Positions 8,582 through 18,069 of a DNA stretch of 64,000 nt are shown here, piece after piece. The notes beneath the pieces were generated by a model. The model was given only the letters and a program-made list of their open reading frames with translations. It ran no database searches and was not told the origin of the DNA. The translations under genes and the position numbers were made by a program. The DNA lies in assembly GCA_963783435.1 (NCBI GenBank), contig CAWANQ010000004.1, positions 948,428 through 1,012,427 of the forward strand, written 5' to 3'. Position 1 is the stretch's first letter, and the number at the start of each line of letters is the position of its first letter. Source of the stretch: an uncultured Bacteroidota bacterium (lineage in GTDB: Bacteria; Bacteroidota; Bacteroidia; Bacteroidales; GCA-2748055).

Positions 8582-10342
8582 CTATTTGATTATATAAAGC
8601 TTTCTGGTTTGCTCAATGCCGTCAATGGAAAGTCTGTAAAAGTACATTCCGGTTGACAATTCACCTGCATTCCAGTTGTAAGTATAATTGCCAGGATGCT
8701 GGTTCTGAGAAACCAAGGTAGCTATCTCCTGTCCAAGAGTGTTCAACACGATTAAGGTTGTATATCCCTCTTCCTGATGAGAATACTCAATGGTCGTAGA
8801 AGAGCTGAAAGGATTTGGATAGTTTTGCTTCAATTCGAAGTTCCTGCTGATTTGATCCGGCCCGGTAGAAACGACCATTTCAGATAATGCCAGCACTTCA
8901 TCATCAGACAACACCCGGTTGTAGATCATGATATCATCCATCTTGCCTTTAAACCATCCTCCGTCTCCTGTCTCATCGGTATAGGCCGAAGTAGGTCTCT
9001 CCTGACCAAATACAAGATTCACAGGATCAGCGCTGATATCCGCAATATTACCGTTGGGAACATTGTCCCAGTCTTTTACCAGCACCCCGTCAATATAGAA
9101 CTTCATATGTCCGTTGCCATACGATACGGCCAGGTGATACCATTGCTCAGCAAGCAGCCCGTCAACCTCCTGATCCCGGTCGTTGTATATAAACGCTCCC
9201 GGAACCTCAGGATCATCCACCTTGGTGGTAAAGAACACCTTATTGGCTTCCTGAAGGTTCACTTTATAGCAATCCCACCTGTTCATGGAGATCATATAGT
9301 CATTGTTTGTCCGCTCTTCCATATAGATCCACCAGGATATGGTTATGGTTCCGGGATTCAGGATTGTGGAGTAAGGAACTTCAATATTCCCTCCCATGTC
9401 AAAATAGTAAGCCTGATCAGCCCTATCGCCACGATCAGTGGTGAGGACCGGGGTCCCTGCCCCCCATGCGGCAAAGCCGGTGGTTACAGTTCCATCGTTC
9501 CCGTTTCCAGAGGCATCTGTAGCATCCCCATCAAAGGGATATGACGCAACAAGTCCCTCTTCCAGGTCAGCATCCGCTAAATTATAGAGTGCCATCACCT
9601 CATCATCTGAGACTACCCGGTTGTAGATCATGATATCATCCATCTTGCCTTTAAACCAGCCACCATCGCCCGTCTCATCGGTATAGGCAGAAGTAGGTCT
9701 CTCCTGGCCGAATACCAGGTTCACTGGATCAGCGCTGATATCCGCAATATTGCCGTTGGGAACATTGTCCCAGTCTTTCACCATTACACCGTCTATATAG
9801 AACTTCATATGTCCGTTGCCATAGGATACGGTCAGGTGATACCATTGCTCAGCAACCAGTCCGTCGATCTCCTGATCCCGGTCGTTGTATATAAACGCTC
9901 CCGGAACCTCAGGATCATCCACCTTGGTGGTAAAGAACACCTTATTGGCTTCCTGAAGGTTCACTTTATAGCAATCCCACCTGTTCATGGAGATCATATA
10001 GTCATTGTTAGTCCGCTCTTCCATATAGATCCACCAGGATATGGATATGGTGCCGGGATTCAGAATGGTGGAATAAGGAACTTCAATGTTCCCACCCATG
10101 TCAAAATAGTAAGCCTTGTCGGCTACATCATTACGGTCAGTAGTCAGGACGGGAGTTCCTGCCCCCCATGCGGCAAAGCCTGCTGTTAAAGTTCCATCGT
10201 TCCCGTTTCCGGAAACATCCGTTGCATCCCCGTTAAAGGGGTAAGATGCAACCAGGCCATCTTCCAGGTCTACCTGGGCAAAAAGGCCGGTGCAGGTCAG
10301 TAAAACTACTGCTGCAATCATGGTAAAAATTTTCATAATCAT
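8582..10342 (-). CDS. Secreted protein with two tandem LamG/ConA-like domains and T9SS C-terminal sorting domain
   Basis: 586 aa with a signal peptide. It has two ~234-aa near-identical units, each starting DLE(D/E)GLVASYPF(N/D)GDATD.SGNGNDGT. CTD is NYPNPFSSSTTIEY...GMYFYRL. Confidence 0.75.
   Translation of the reverse strand: MIMKIFTMIAAVVLLTCTGLFAQVDLEDGLVASYPFNGDATDVSGNGNDGTLTAGFAAWGAGTPVLTTDRNDVADKAYYFDMGGNIEVPYSTILNPGTISISWWIYMEERTNNDYMISMNRWDCYKVNLQEANKVFFTTKVDDPEVPGAFIYNDRDQEIDGLVAEQWYHLTVSYGNGHMKFYIDGVMVKDWDNVPNGNIADISADPVNLVFGQERPTSAYTDETGDGGWFKGKMDDIMIYNRVVSDDEVMALYNLADADLEEGLVASYPFDGDATDASGNGNDGTVTTGFAAWGAGTPVLTTDRGDRADQAYYFDMGGNIEVPYSTILNPGTITISWWIYMEERTNNDYMISMNRWDCYKVNLQEANKVFFTTKVDDPEVPGAFIYNDRDQEVDGLLAEQWYHLAVSYGNGHMKFYIDGVLVKDWDNVPNGNIADISADPVNLVFGQERPTSAYTDETGDGGWFKGKMDDIMIYNRVLSDDEVLALSEMVVSTGPDQISRNFELKQNYPNPFSSSTTIEYSHQEEGYTTLIVLNTLGQEIATLVSQNQHPGNYTYNWNAGELSTGMYFYRLSIDGIEQTRKLYIIK
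8884..10270. repeat. Tandem direct duplication, period 702 bp (two ~685-bp units)
   Basis: Unit 1 at ~8884-9568 aligns to unit 2 at ~9586-10270 at a constant offset of 702. A 141-nt block (9167-9307 vs 9869-10009) is identical base for base. Confidence 0.9.
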
Positions 10343-10389
10343 CTGTTTTTAGTTAATAAATACTTTTGTACATATATGCCTGTAATAGG

Positions 10390-11914
10390 CTAATAACCAT
10401 CATTTTGGACCATATTAAAATTGGTCTCCATTTCTGATTGAGGAATGGGAAACACCTGATGCGTGCTGTAAACAAAACCAGTTTTGTTGCTGAATGCTGA
10501 AGTTGCGTATGCCTCCCCGTAGCGGATCACATCAAAATAGCGCTGGCATTCGAAGCTCAGTTCAATCCTTCGTTCATGACGTATGGCCTCCCTTAACTGG
10601 TTCTGATCGGTGTTAACCACGTCGGGCAAAAGTCCATCGGGAATTGTACCGAATCCTTCCAGGTTTTCATCAAACAAATAGCTTTCCCTTGCCCTTTTTC
10701 TGACCCTGTTCAAGGGGACTAGAGCCTCACTCCCCCGGTCCAGTTCATTAAGTGCTTCCGCCTGGATAAGCAGTATCTCTGCAAAGCGAATGATCGTAAA
10801 ATTCAGATCAGCATCGCCCCTTCTGTTTTTTGGAATCTCTGAAATGGGCTGGAGATACTTCTTTTGATTATAGCCGGTGGAAGACCACTTGGGATCATAA
10901 ACTATATCATCAAACCATATTTTGCCCTCGCGGCCTATGGAATAATCTATGCGTGGATCGTAAACATTTCCGGGTGAAGTCACCTCATATTCATCCACAA
11001 ATAGCTGACTTGGTTCACAGAACCCATATCCGCTCTCAGCCCGGGGGGCAACCCATTGATTAAGACGGCTGCCCATGACCGGGCTCTTGTTTGCAAGGTG
11101 CTGGATCTCAAAGATTGATTCTGCATTGTCTTCGTAAAGCACATTAAAGTTGTGTTGATAAATGGGCAACAGTGAATATCCTTCGGCTTCCACCTCGAGT
11201 GCCATGTTCAATGCTTCTGACCACTTCCTTTCAAACAGGTAGGTTTTTGCCAGCATTGCCCTGGCTGCCCCGGGGGTAGCCCTTCCTTTCTCAGAAACAG
11301 GATAGACCTGTGGATTCAATTCCAAAGCCGATTCAAGGGTATTAAGGGCTTCCATAAAAGTCTGATTCAACATGCAGATAGACTTCAGACCGGGAAGATT
11401 TCGGTACCTGCATTTCATCCGGATTCTTTGGTTCCAGGATCAGGGGGATATTCCCAAAAATGTTACAAAGTTGAAAATAGAAGTACCCTCTTAAAAAATA
11501 TGCTTCACCCAAAATCCTTCTTTTCAATGCTTCGTCCATCTCAATGCCGGGAACATTCTTTAATATCAGGTTGCAACGTGCCACCCCTTCGTAGTAAATA
11601 ACCCAGGTAGTTTCACCATTGCCATTATCAGCAGATATCTGAAAATCATCAATTAATCCAATATCGGCCTGATCCCCGGGGAATCCCCCTTTTATTGCAT
11701 CATCGGAGGCTATCTCCGCAAATACCCAGAGGCGGTTGTTTGAATTCGAGAAGGACAATTTCTCATAACAGGATGTGAGGGCCAGCATGGCATGTTCCTC
11801 GCTTTGGAAAAACGCGGAGGTGGGATAAGTCCCCAGTGGTTGCTGGTCCAGGTATTTTTCACAGCTGGTAAAAGCCAACAGTATAGCCGGTGCGATAATA
11901 AAGAAGTTTTTCAT
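10390..11914 (-). pseudogene. SusD/RagB-family lipoprotein, split by a frameshift
   Basis: Two overlapping ORFs, 11342-11914 and 10390-11418. The N-terminal ORF has the lipobox AFTSCEKYLDQQP. The frames join sensibly (..SEVYLHVESDF + MEALNTLESAL..) at an A4/T4 run at 11356-11359. Confidence 0.8.
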
Positions 11915-11941
11915 ACTCAGTTCATTTTGGACCCATGCTTA

Positions 11942-14900
11942 TTAAAATTCAATGTTGAGCCCGATGTTAAAAATCCTGGCCGATGGATAGGTGCCCCAAT
12001 CGATGCCAACTGCCAGGTCACCTTCATTTTTGGAATTGTCACTGGTTTGCATCTCCGGATCCAATCCGGGATATTTCGTAAAGGTGAGCAGGTTCTGTGC
12101 GCTCACATACACTTTAATAGTTCGTGCATGGATTTTACCCGTTACATTTTTGCTAAAGGTGTATCCCAGGTTGAGGTTTTTTAATCGCAAATAGGAACCG
12201 TCGAAAAGAAACCTGGTGGACGGTTTCTTATTATTTGTAGATCCCGACCAGGATACACGGGGTTGTGTATTGCTTGTTCCCGGTCCGGTCCATCGGTCAT
12301 CATATACCCTGGTTGTCAGGTTAAATGCCCGGTAAAATCCTTCAATGTCATGGGCGGCCTGCCAGTAGATCTCATTCCCATAAATTCCTTCCAGGAAAAA
12401 TGAGAAATCCCAATTCCCGTAGTTAAAGACAGTAGTCAAACCCCCGGTAAAATCGGGCAGCGGACTGCCCACATGACGCCTGTCGTATGAATCAATCACA
12501 TTGTCGGGGGATCCATCCGGACCACTGAGGTCTTTGAATTTCACATCTCCGGGCAGGATGTTATTTCCCTGGAATGCATGGCTCAAAATTTCTGCATCAT
12601 CCTGGAAGATGCCTTCCATCTCATATAAATAAAATGATCCGATAGGGTAGCCTTCTTCGGTGAGGGTAGCATATACACCATTGTCAATCCTTCCGGCGGG
12701 TATCGGATTGCCCTCATATAATTCCAGAACTTCATTGGAGTAATGAGAGAATACGAGCCCCACTTTGTAATTAAATTTTTTAGCCCGGCTTTTGTAGTTT
12801 ATCTCCAGCTCTACACCCTTGTTTTGAACTTTGCCTGCATTAAAAAAGGAAGCTTCGGCACTTCCACTGCTGGGGGGAAGAGGCGCCTGAACAAGCATGT
12901 CATCGGTTATTTTATGGTAGTAATCGAGATAAATAAATATTTTGTTATCCAGCAAGCCCAGGTCAAGTCCGGCATCGTACTGGGTCTGACTTTCCCATCT
13001 GAGGTTCTCATTGCCATGTTTCTGCAAAGAATAACCCGATGCCACAGAGTTACCAAATGGATAATAAACCCCGCTTGAAATAACCGAAGCAAAACTGTAG
13101 TTTCCAATCTCTTGATTTCCAAGCTGCCCGGCACTCAGGCGTAATTTAAGGTGAGAGATGATTTTGTTATTTTCAAGAAATGGTTCGTTATCAATTCGCC
13201 AGCCTACTGAAGCCGCTGGAAAGATTCCATAAGGATTATTGCTTCCGAAACGGGAGGATCCGTCCCGGCGCAATACAAATTCAGCCAGGTATTTTTCATT
13301 GAACTTATAGGCAATCCGGCCGAATATTGAGAACAAAGACCAATTCTCCCCCCACCCATCTGCTTTTTCGTTCTTAGTGCCGTTGCTTAAATACCGGAGA
13401 TTGGGAATTTGATCAGGAAATTCCTCAGCGGCCGCTGAGAATCCGGATGCCTCACTGCCGATTAACTCTGTCCCCAACAATACATTCAGGTTATGTTTCC
13501 CATTAAAGTCTTTATCGTAGGTCAGGGTATTTTTCCATGTTTGGATGTCATATGTTGCGGATGACTCTGACATGGAATTGGGATTGTTGATCCTTCCCTC
13601 GTAGCCCCAGTTTTCATTGAACCTTTTGTCGCTAAGGATAGTCAGGTCGATCCCATAATCAGACCTGAAGTTGAGACCATTAATGATCTGCCAGTCAATA
13701 TAAACATTCCCGAAGGCCCGATTTTCTGTTCTTTTCCAGTCAAACTTCTCTGCAAGCCCGACCGGGTTGTAGCCATCACCGAATATCTGGGGGTACTGAG
13801 GATAATAGTCAATGAATTCATCGTTGCGGTCTTTTACCGGATAGATAGGTGTTCGGAAAAATGCATAACGTACCACACTTCCCCCGTTACCTCCGAATCC
13901 GTCCCCGGAACTTCCAACCAGGTCAGTTATTGATTTAGAAAGATTGATGTTGACCCCCATGGTTATTTTATCCGAAAGGGCTGTTGAGATAGAGCTCTTA
14001 ATTGAATACCGGTTGTACCCTGAGTTCATTATGATACCATCCTGCCTGAAGTAGTTCCCGGATACCAGATAATTGGTCTTTTCGCTCCCGCCGCTGACCG
14101 TGAGATGCTGATTGGTGATCAGAGCGGGTCTGAAAATCTCATCCCACCAATTGGTGTCAGGAAGGGTGTCAATCATTGACTGTTCGATGAGATTGCGGCC
14201 ATCCGCATTTGCCGCTTCATTGTAAAGCTCCACATACTGATCCCTGTTTGTCATTTCAGTCAGATTGTAGGCATTTTGAACACCGGTGTACATGCTGTAG
14301 TTAATTCGAGCAGCACCCTTTCCCCCAGTTTTTGTTGTAATGACCAGTACCCCGTTTGCGGCTCTAGCACCGTAGATGGATGCTGCAGATGCATCTTTCA
14401 GTATGGAGATGGATTCTATGTCTGAAGGTGAGAGAGAACTGAAGGCATCCTTAGTAGGGATTCCGTCTACTATATAGAGCGGGTCATTGTCATTGATGGT
14501 ACCGACTCCTCTTATCCGCACCACTACACCTCCGCCCGGAGCACCTGAAAACTGTGTAACTTTCACCCCGGTTGCTTTGCCCTGTAAAGCCTGATCAATG
14601 GAACCGACGGCCAGTCCTTCCAACTCCTCCGATCGCACCACAGAGACAGAACCTATGATATCCCCCTGTTTCTTTGTTCCATACCCTATGGCCACCACTT
14701 CTTCAAGGGCCACGGCACTCACAAGCAGTATGATATCTATTTCTGAACGTCCTTGAATAAGTTCTGTACGTGACTCATATCCTATATATGAAAAGACCAG
14801 CTTATCATCTGGGCTGCTTACCTCAATGGTATAATTTCCTTCTAGATCTGTGATAACTCCTGTTGTTGTCCCCTGAATCATAATGGAAACACCAATGAGT

Positions 14901-15058
14901 GCTTCTCCGGTTTCATCGGTAACAGTCCCACTGATTCTCAGGTCCTGACTGGCTTCCTGGGATTGAACCTGTTCAGGAAAAATAAGAAAGCACAACATGA
15001 GATTCAAAATGATCAAATACTTAAATCGCCACGGTGATACATGATAATCAGCTTTCAT
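11942..15058 (-). CDS. SusC/RagA-family TonB-dependent outer-membrane receptor
   Basis: 1038 aa. N-terminal carboxypeptidase-regulatory-like domain (ISGTVTDETGEALIGVSI), plug motif SILKDASAASIYGARAANGVLVITTK, C-terminal ..FNIGLNIEF. Lies directly upstream of the SusD homolog. Confidence 0.9.
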   Translation of the reverse strand: MKADYHVSPWRFKYLIILNLMLCFLIFPEQVQSQEASQDLRISGTVTDETGEALIGVSIMIQGTTTGVITDLEGNYTIEVSSPDDKLVFSYIGYESRTELIQGRSEIDIILLVSAVALEEVVAIGYGTKKQGDIIGSVSVVRSEELEGLAVGSIDQALQGKATGVKVTQFSGAPGGGVVVRIRGVGTINDNDPLYIVDGIPTKDAFSSLSPSDIESISILKDASAASIYGARAANGVLVITTKTGGKGAARINYSMYTGVQNAYNLTEMTNRDQYVELYNEAANADGRNLIEQSMIDTLPDTNWWDEIFRPALITNQHLTVSGGSEKTNYLVSGNYFRQDGIIMNSGYNRYSIKSSISTALSDKITMGVNINLSKSITDLVGSSGDGFGGNGGSVVRYAFFRTPIYPVKDRNDEFIDYYPQYPQIFGDGYNPVGLAEKFDWKRTENRAFGNVYIDWQIINGLNFRSDYGIDLTILSDKRFNENWGYEGRINNPNSMSESSATYDIQTWKNTLTYDKDFNGKHNLNVLLGTELIGSEASGFSAAAEEFPDQIPNLRYLSNGTKNEKADGWGENWSLFSIFGRIAYKFNEKYLAEFVLRRDGSSRFGSNNPYGIFPAASVGWRIDNEPFLENNKIISHLKLRLSAGQLGNQEIGNYSFASVISSGVYYPFGNSVASGYSLQKHGNENLRWESQTQYDAGLDLGLLDNKIFIYLDYYHKITDDMLVQAPLPPSSGSAEASFFNAGKVQNKGVELEINYKSRAKKFNYKVGLVFSHYSNEVLELYEGNPIPAGRIDNGVYATLTEEGYPIGSFYLYEMEGIFQDDAEILSHAFQGNNILPGDVKFKDLSGPDGSPDNVIDSYDRRHVGSPLPDFTGGLTTVFNYGNWDFSFFLEGIYGNEIYWQAAHDIEGFYRAFNLTTRVYDDRWTGPGTSNTQPRVSWSGSTNNKKPSTRFLFDGSYLRLKNLNLGYTFSKNVTGKIHARTIKVYVSAQNLLTFTKYPGLDPEMQTSDNSKNEGDLAVGIDWGTYPSARIFNIGLNIEF

Positions 15059-15488
15059 AATATCAAAATTTCGTTAGAGAATGCCATTTGCAAATAATTG
15101 ATTTTCAGGGCGATTCTGCTGAGTGCGGATTTTAGCGAAAAGAATCGTAAAGGGTTTGTCGCATTATCGTATCACGATAATTACTGAGAATAGGAATCGC
15201 ATTAAAAATGCGTCCAGGAAGGTTGTTCTATAGCCAGCTACCTTGTTATCCATTTTAATAGCTCACTTAAGCCAATACTGAAAGTTCTGCCAATTTGAAG
15301 TATAAATTGTTACATGATCATGAAAATAAATTACATAATTCACACATTTTCAGCCTTTTTTATGGCTTAAAGCCTCAAAATCAACTGTAAGGCTGGACTT
15401 CCTCCTTGCTCTTCTTGTTAAGCAAATCAAACAATAAGAGATCTAAGGAATTCACCATTTGATATTAATTTGTAATTTAATTGCTGTT

Positions 15489-17933
15489 ATGAAGGAACTA
15501 GCTGTTATCATGATGACCGATATTATCGGTTATACCAAATTGACCAGACAAAAGGGAAGTTTGGTTAGAGAGATCAGCTTGAAGCATAAAGAAATCCTTC
15601 ACGAAAACGTTTCCTGTTGCAATGGCAGGTCCATCCATATTTTTGGTGACGATTCTCTTAGCGTTTTCAGTGATCCTGTTGAGGCTGTAAAGTGTTCCAT
15701 TGAGATCCAGCGCTTGGTTAAGGAGGATCCCATTATTCCAATGAGAATTGCCTTGCATTATGGTGAGATTATTACTGAAGGTGAAGATATATTTGGAGAC
15801 GCCATTAATCTCACTTCCCGGATACTTAAGGTCGCCATAACCAATAGTATTCTGATCTCAGATAAAGTAAAACTGTTGTTGGATAAGGAGTCAAACATCC
15901 AAACCAGGTCTATTGGCACGTTTGATTTAAAATACGTGGATGATCCCATTGAAATTTTTGGGATTTGCAATGATGATCTTGTCCTTCCAGAAGTGCATGG
16001 TAAAGAACAGAGTGAGATCCTCCAAGCTACTATAAAAACTGGCAAAGGGGAACGATTGCTTGCAGCTATCATGTTTACAGATATGGTAGGTTATACAGCA
16101 CTGATGCAGGAAGACGAACACAAAGCCAAGCAGAACAGGGACAGGCACAGAAGAGTTCTCCAGGAGTCGGTCACATCTCACCAGGGTAAAATATTACAGT
16201 ATTACGGGGACGGAACGCTCTGCATATTCAACTCCTCCATCGAAGCCGTGGATAGTGCCATCAGGATCCAGCAGGAATTACAAACGGAACCGAATATTCC
16301 CCTGCGTATTGGCATACATACAGCGGATATTGTATATGATAAAGAAGGAGTCTATGGAGATGGTGTCAATGTTGCCTCACGCATAGAAGGGCTTGCTGTT
16401 GCTGGAAGTGTATTGGTCTCTGACAAGGTGTTCGATGACTTAAAGAATCATCACGAAATTTCAACTGTGAGCCTGGGTGCATTCGATCTGAAAAATGTCA
16501 AGAAACCCCTGGAAGTATATGCCATCTCCAACAAAGGTCTGATGGTGCCCACAGTAGATGAAATCAAGAGTCAACCCGGAGAAAAAGAAAAAAGTCTGGC
16601 GATACTGCCTTTTGCAAGCTTTAGTTCAGATCCCGAGAATGAGTGCTTCAGTGACGGAATTAGCGAAGCAATAATTAACACACTCACCCAAATCGAGGGT
16701 TTATTTGTAACGGCCAGGACATCCTCTTTCGCATTTAAAGGAGAGAATAAAGACATCAGGGAAATAGGCAAGTTGTTGGGTGTGGTATACATCCTGGAGG
16801 GATCGGTTCAAAGATATATGAATAAGATCAGAGTAACTGCCCAGCTGATAGATACCCTCAGTGGCTTTCATATCTTTTCAGAGACCTTTGACAGGGAATT
16901 GATTGATGTGTTTTCAATCCAGGACGATATTTCCTGGCTGATTGCCGAGAAACTCAGAGAGAAAATCAATTTGGAGAAAAAGCAACTTCTTTCCTCACCC
17001 AAGACTAACAATGTGGATGCCCTGGATTATTATATGAAGGGTAGAAAAGAATTAGGTACAGGCGCTCATCCTAATATCCTCAAGGCTCTGAAGCTGTTTC
17101 AGCAATCCATTGATTCCGATCCTGATTTCGTATTACCCTACACCGGGATTTCAAAGTGTTATACCTTTCTAGGGGCATGGGGATTCATGGACAAGGGCCT
17201 GGCCGATGACAAATCCAATGAATATGCGCATAAAGCTCTGGATAAGGACCCAAACCACCCTGCGGCTCTGGTGGCGCATGCATTTAGTTCGTTCTGGAGC
17301 AGTAACTGGGATTTTAAAATTTTCGAATCGTCCATACATAAAGCACTGAAAATCGCTCCGGGATCTTCAGAAGTAAGGCTGCTTCATGGGATATTAAATC
17401 TTGTTCAGGCAGACAAAGAGCATTCTCTGATTGAAATCCTTCTTGCCAAAAAACTTGATCCGATCAATCCCAATATAGATACGCGTTTGGGATTTACATA
17501 TCTCTGCCTGAAAGATTTTGAGAAGGCACGTGACTGCTTCAGACAGGCCCATCAAACGGCAAAATTAGACATGTATTTTCATTTCATTCTTGCCTGGAGT
17601 TATTTGGTCGAAAATCAGTATGATCAAGCTGAAATTGAACTTAACAAAGTGGATGAAGAAAAGGATGGTTATCAGTTAAAAAATGGAACAGCAGGGTATC
17701 TGCATGCCAAACTGGGAAGACCTGATCTGGCGTATGATAAGATCCAGTTGATTGGCCAGCTTGCAGAGCAGGGTAAATGTAAGTTCCCCAACTTCAACTT
17801 ATCTCTTGTGTATGCCGGATTGAATAAACTTGATGAAATGTTCTACCACCTCCAGAAAGCATATACAGAAAAACCTATTAGCTCTGATGTTTCTCCGCGC
17901 CGATCCATTCTGGGAAAAATTCAGGCAGGATAA
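15489..17933 (+). CDS. Tandem class III adenylate/guanylate cyclase domains + TolB-N-like domain + TPR region (3' end frameshifted)
   Basis: Two CHD units (AVIMMTDIIGYT..IFGDDSLSVF and AAIMFTDMVGYT..YYGDGTLCIF), then LAILPFASFSSDPENECFSDGISE.. and TPR-like helices. ATG 15489 is preferred over TTG 15459. The conserved C-terminal motif continues in the +1 frame to 17996. Confidence 0.8.
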   Translation: MKELAVIMMTDIIGYTKLTRQKGSLVREISLKHKEILHENVSCCNGRSIHIFGDDSLSVFSDPVEAVKCSIEIQRLVKEDPIIPMRIALHYGEIITEGEDIFGDAINLTSRILKVAITNSILISDKVKLLLDKESNIQTRSIGTFDLKYVDDPIEIFGICNDDLVLPEVHGKEQSEILQATIKTGKGERLLAAIMFTDMVGYTALMQEDEHKAKQNRDRHRRVLQESVTSHQGKILQYYGDGTLCIFNSSIEAVDSAIRIQQELQTEPNIPLRIGIHTADIVYDKEGVYGDGVNVASRIEGLAVAGSVLVSDKVFDDLKNHHEISTVSLGAFDLKNVKKPLEVYAISNKGLMVPTVDEIKSQPGEKEKSLAILPFASFSSDPENECFSDGISEAIINTLTQIEGLFVTARTSSFAFKGENKDIREIGKLLGVVYILEGSVQRYMNKIRVTAQLIDTLSGFHIFSETFDRELIDVFSIQDDISWLIAEKLREKINLEKKQLLSSPKTNNVDALDYYMKGRKELGTGAHPNILKALKLFQQSIDSDPDFVLPYTGISKCYTFLGAWGFMDKGLADDKSNEYAHKALDKDPNHPAALVAHAFSSFWSSNWDFKIFESSIHKALKIAPGSSEVRLLHGILNLVQADKEHSLIEILLAKKLDPINPNIDTRLGFTYLCLKDFEKARDCFRQAHQTAKLDMYFHFILAWSYLVENQYDQAEIELNKVDEEKDGYQLKNGTAGYLHAKLGRPDLAYDKIQLIGQLAEQGKCKFPNFNLSLVYAGLNKLDEMFYHLQKAYTEKPISSDVSPRRSILGKIQAG

Positions 17934-18014
17934 ACGATTTATTATTCTTGTTGACATGATTTTTAACAGGTCATCCGGATCTGAAAAGAGTCCATAGACT
18001 ATTCTCTAATTTTA

Positions 18015-18043
18015 ATCAGCCGAGGTAGCGGATTACTCGACTG
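18015..18043. repeat. Relic copy C of tRNA-3'-end-like motif
   Basis: The sequence is atcagccgaGGTAGCGGATTAcTCGACTG. It matches copy A in 19 of 22 positions (18019-18040). It shares ATCAGC..GGATTA..TCGACTG with copy D. Confidence 0.5.
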
Positions 18044-18069
18044 CAAGATGTCTCTCGCCAAGCTTCTCC

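Noticed and set aside
9107-10189. Pair of similar plus-strand ORFs (9107-9544 and 9809-10189)
   Set aside because: Their similarity is simply the antisense image of the 702-bp LamG duplication. They have no independent coding evidence.
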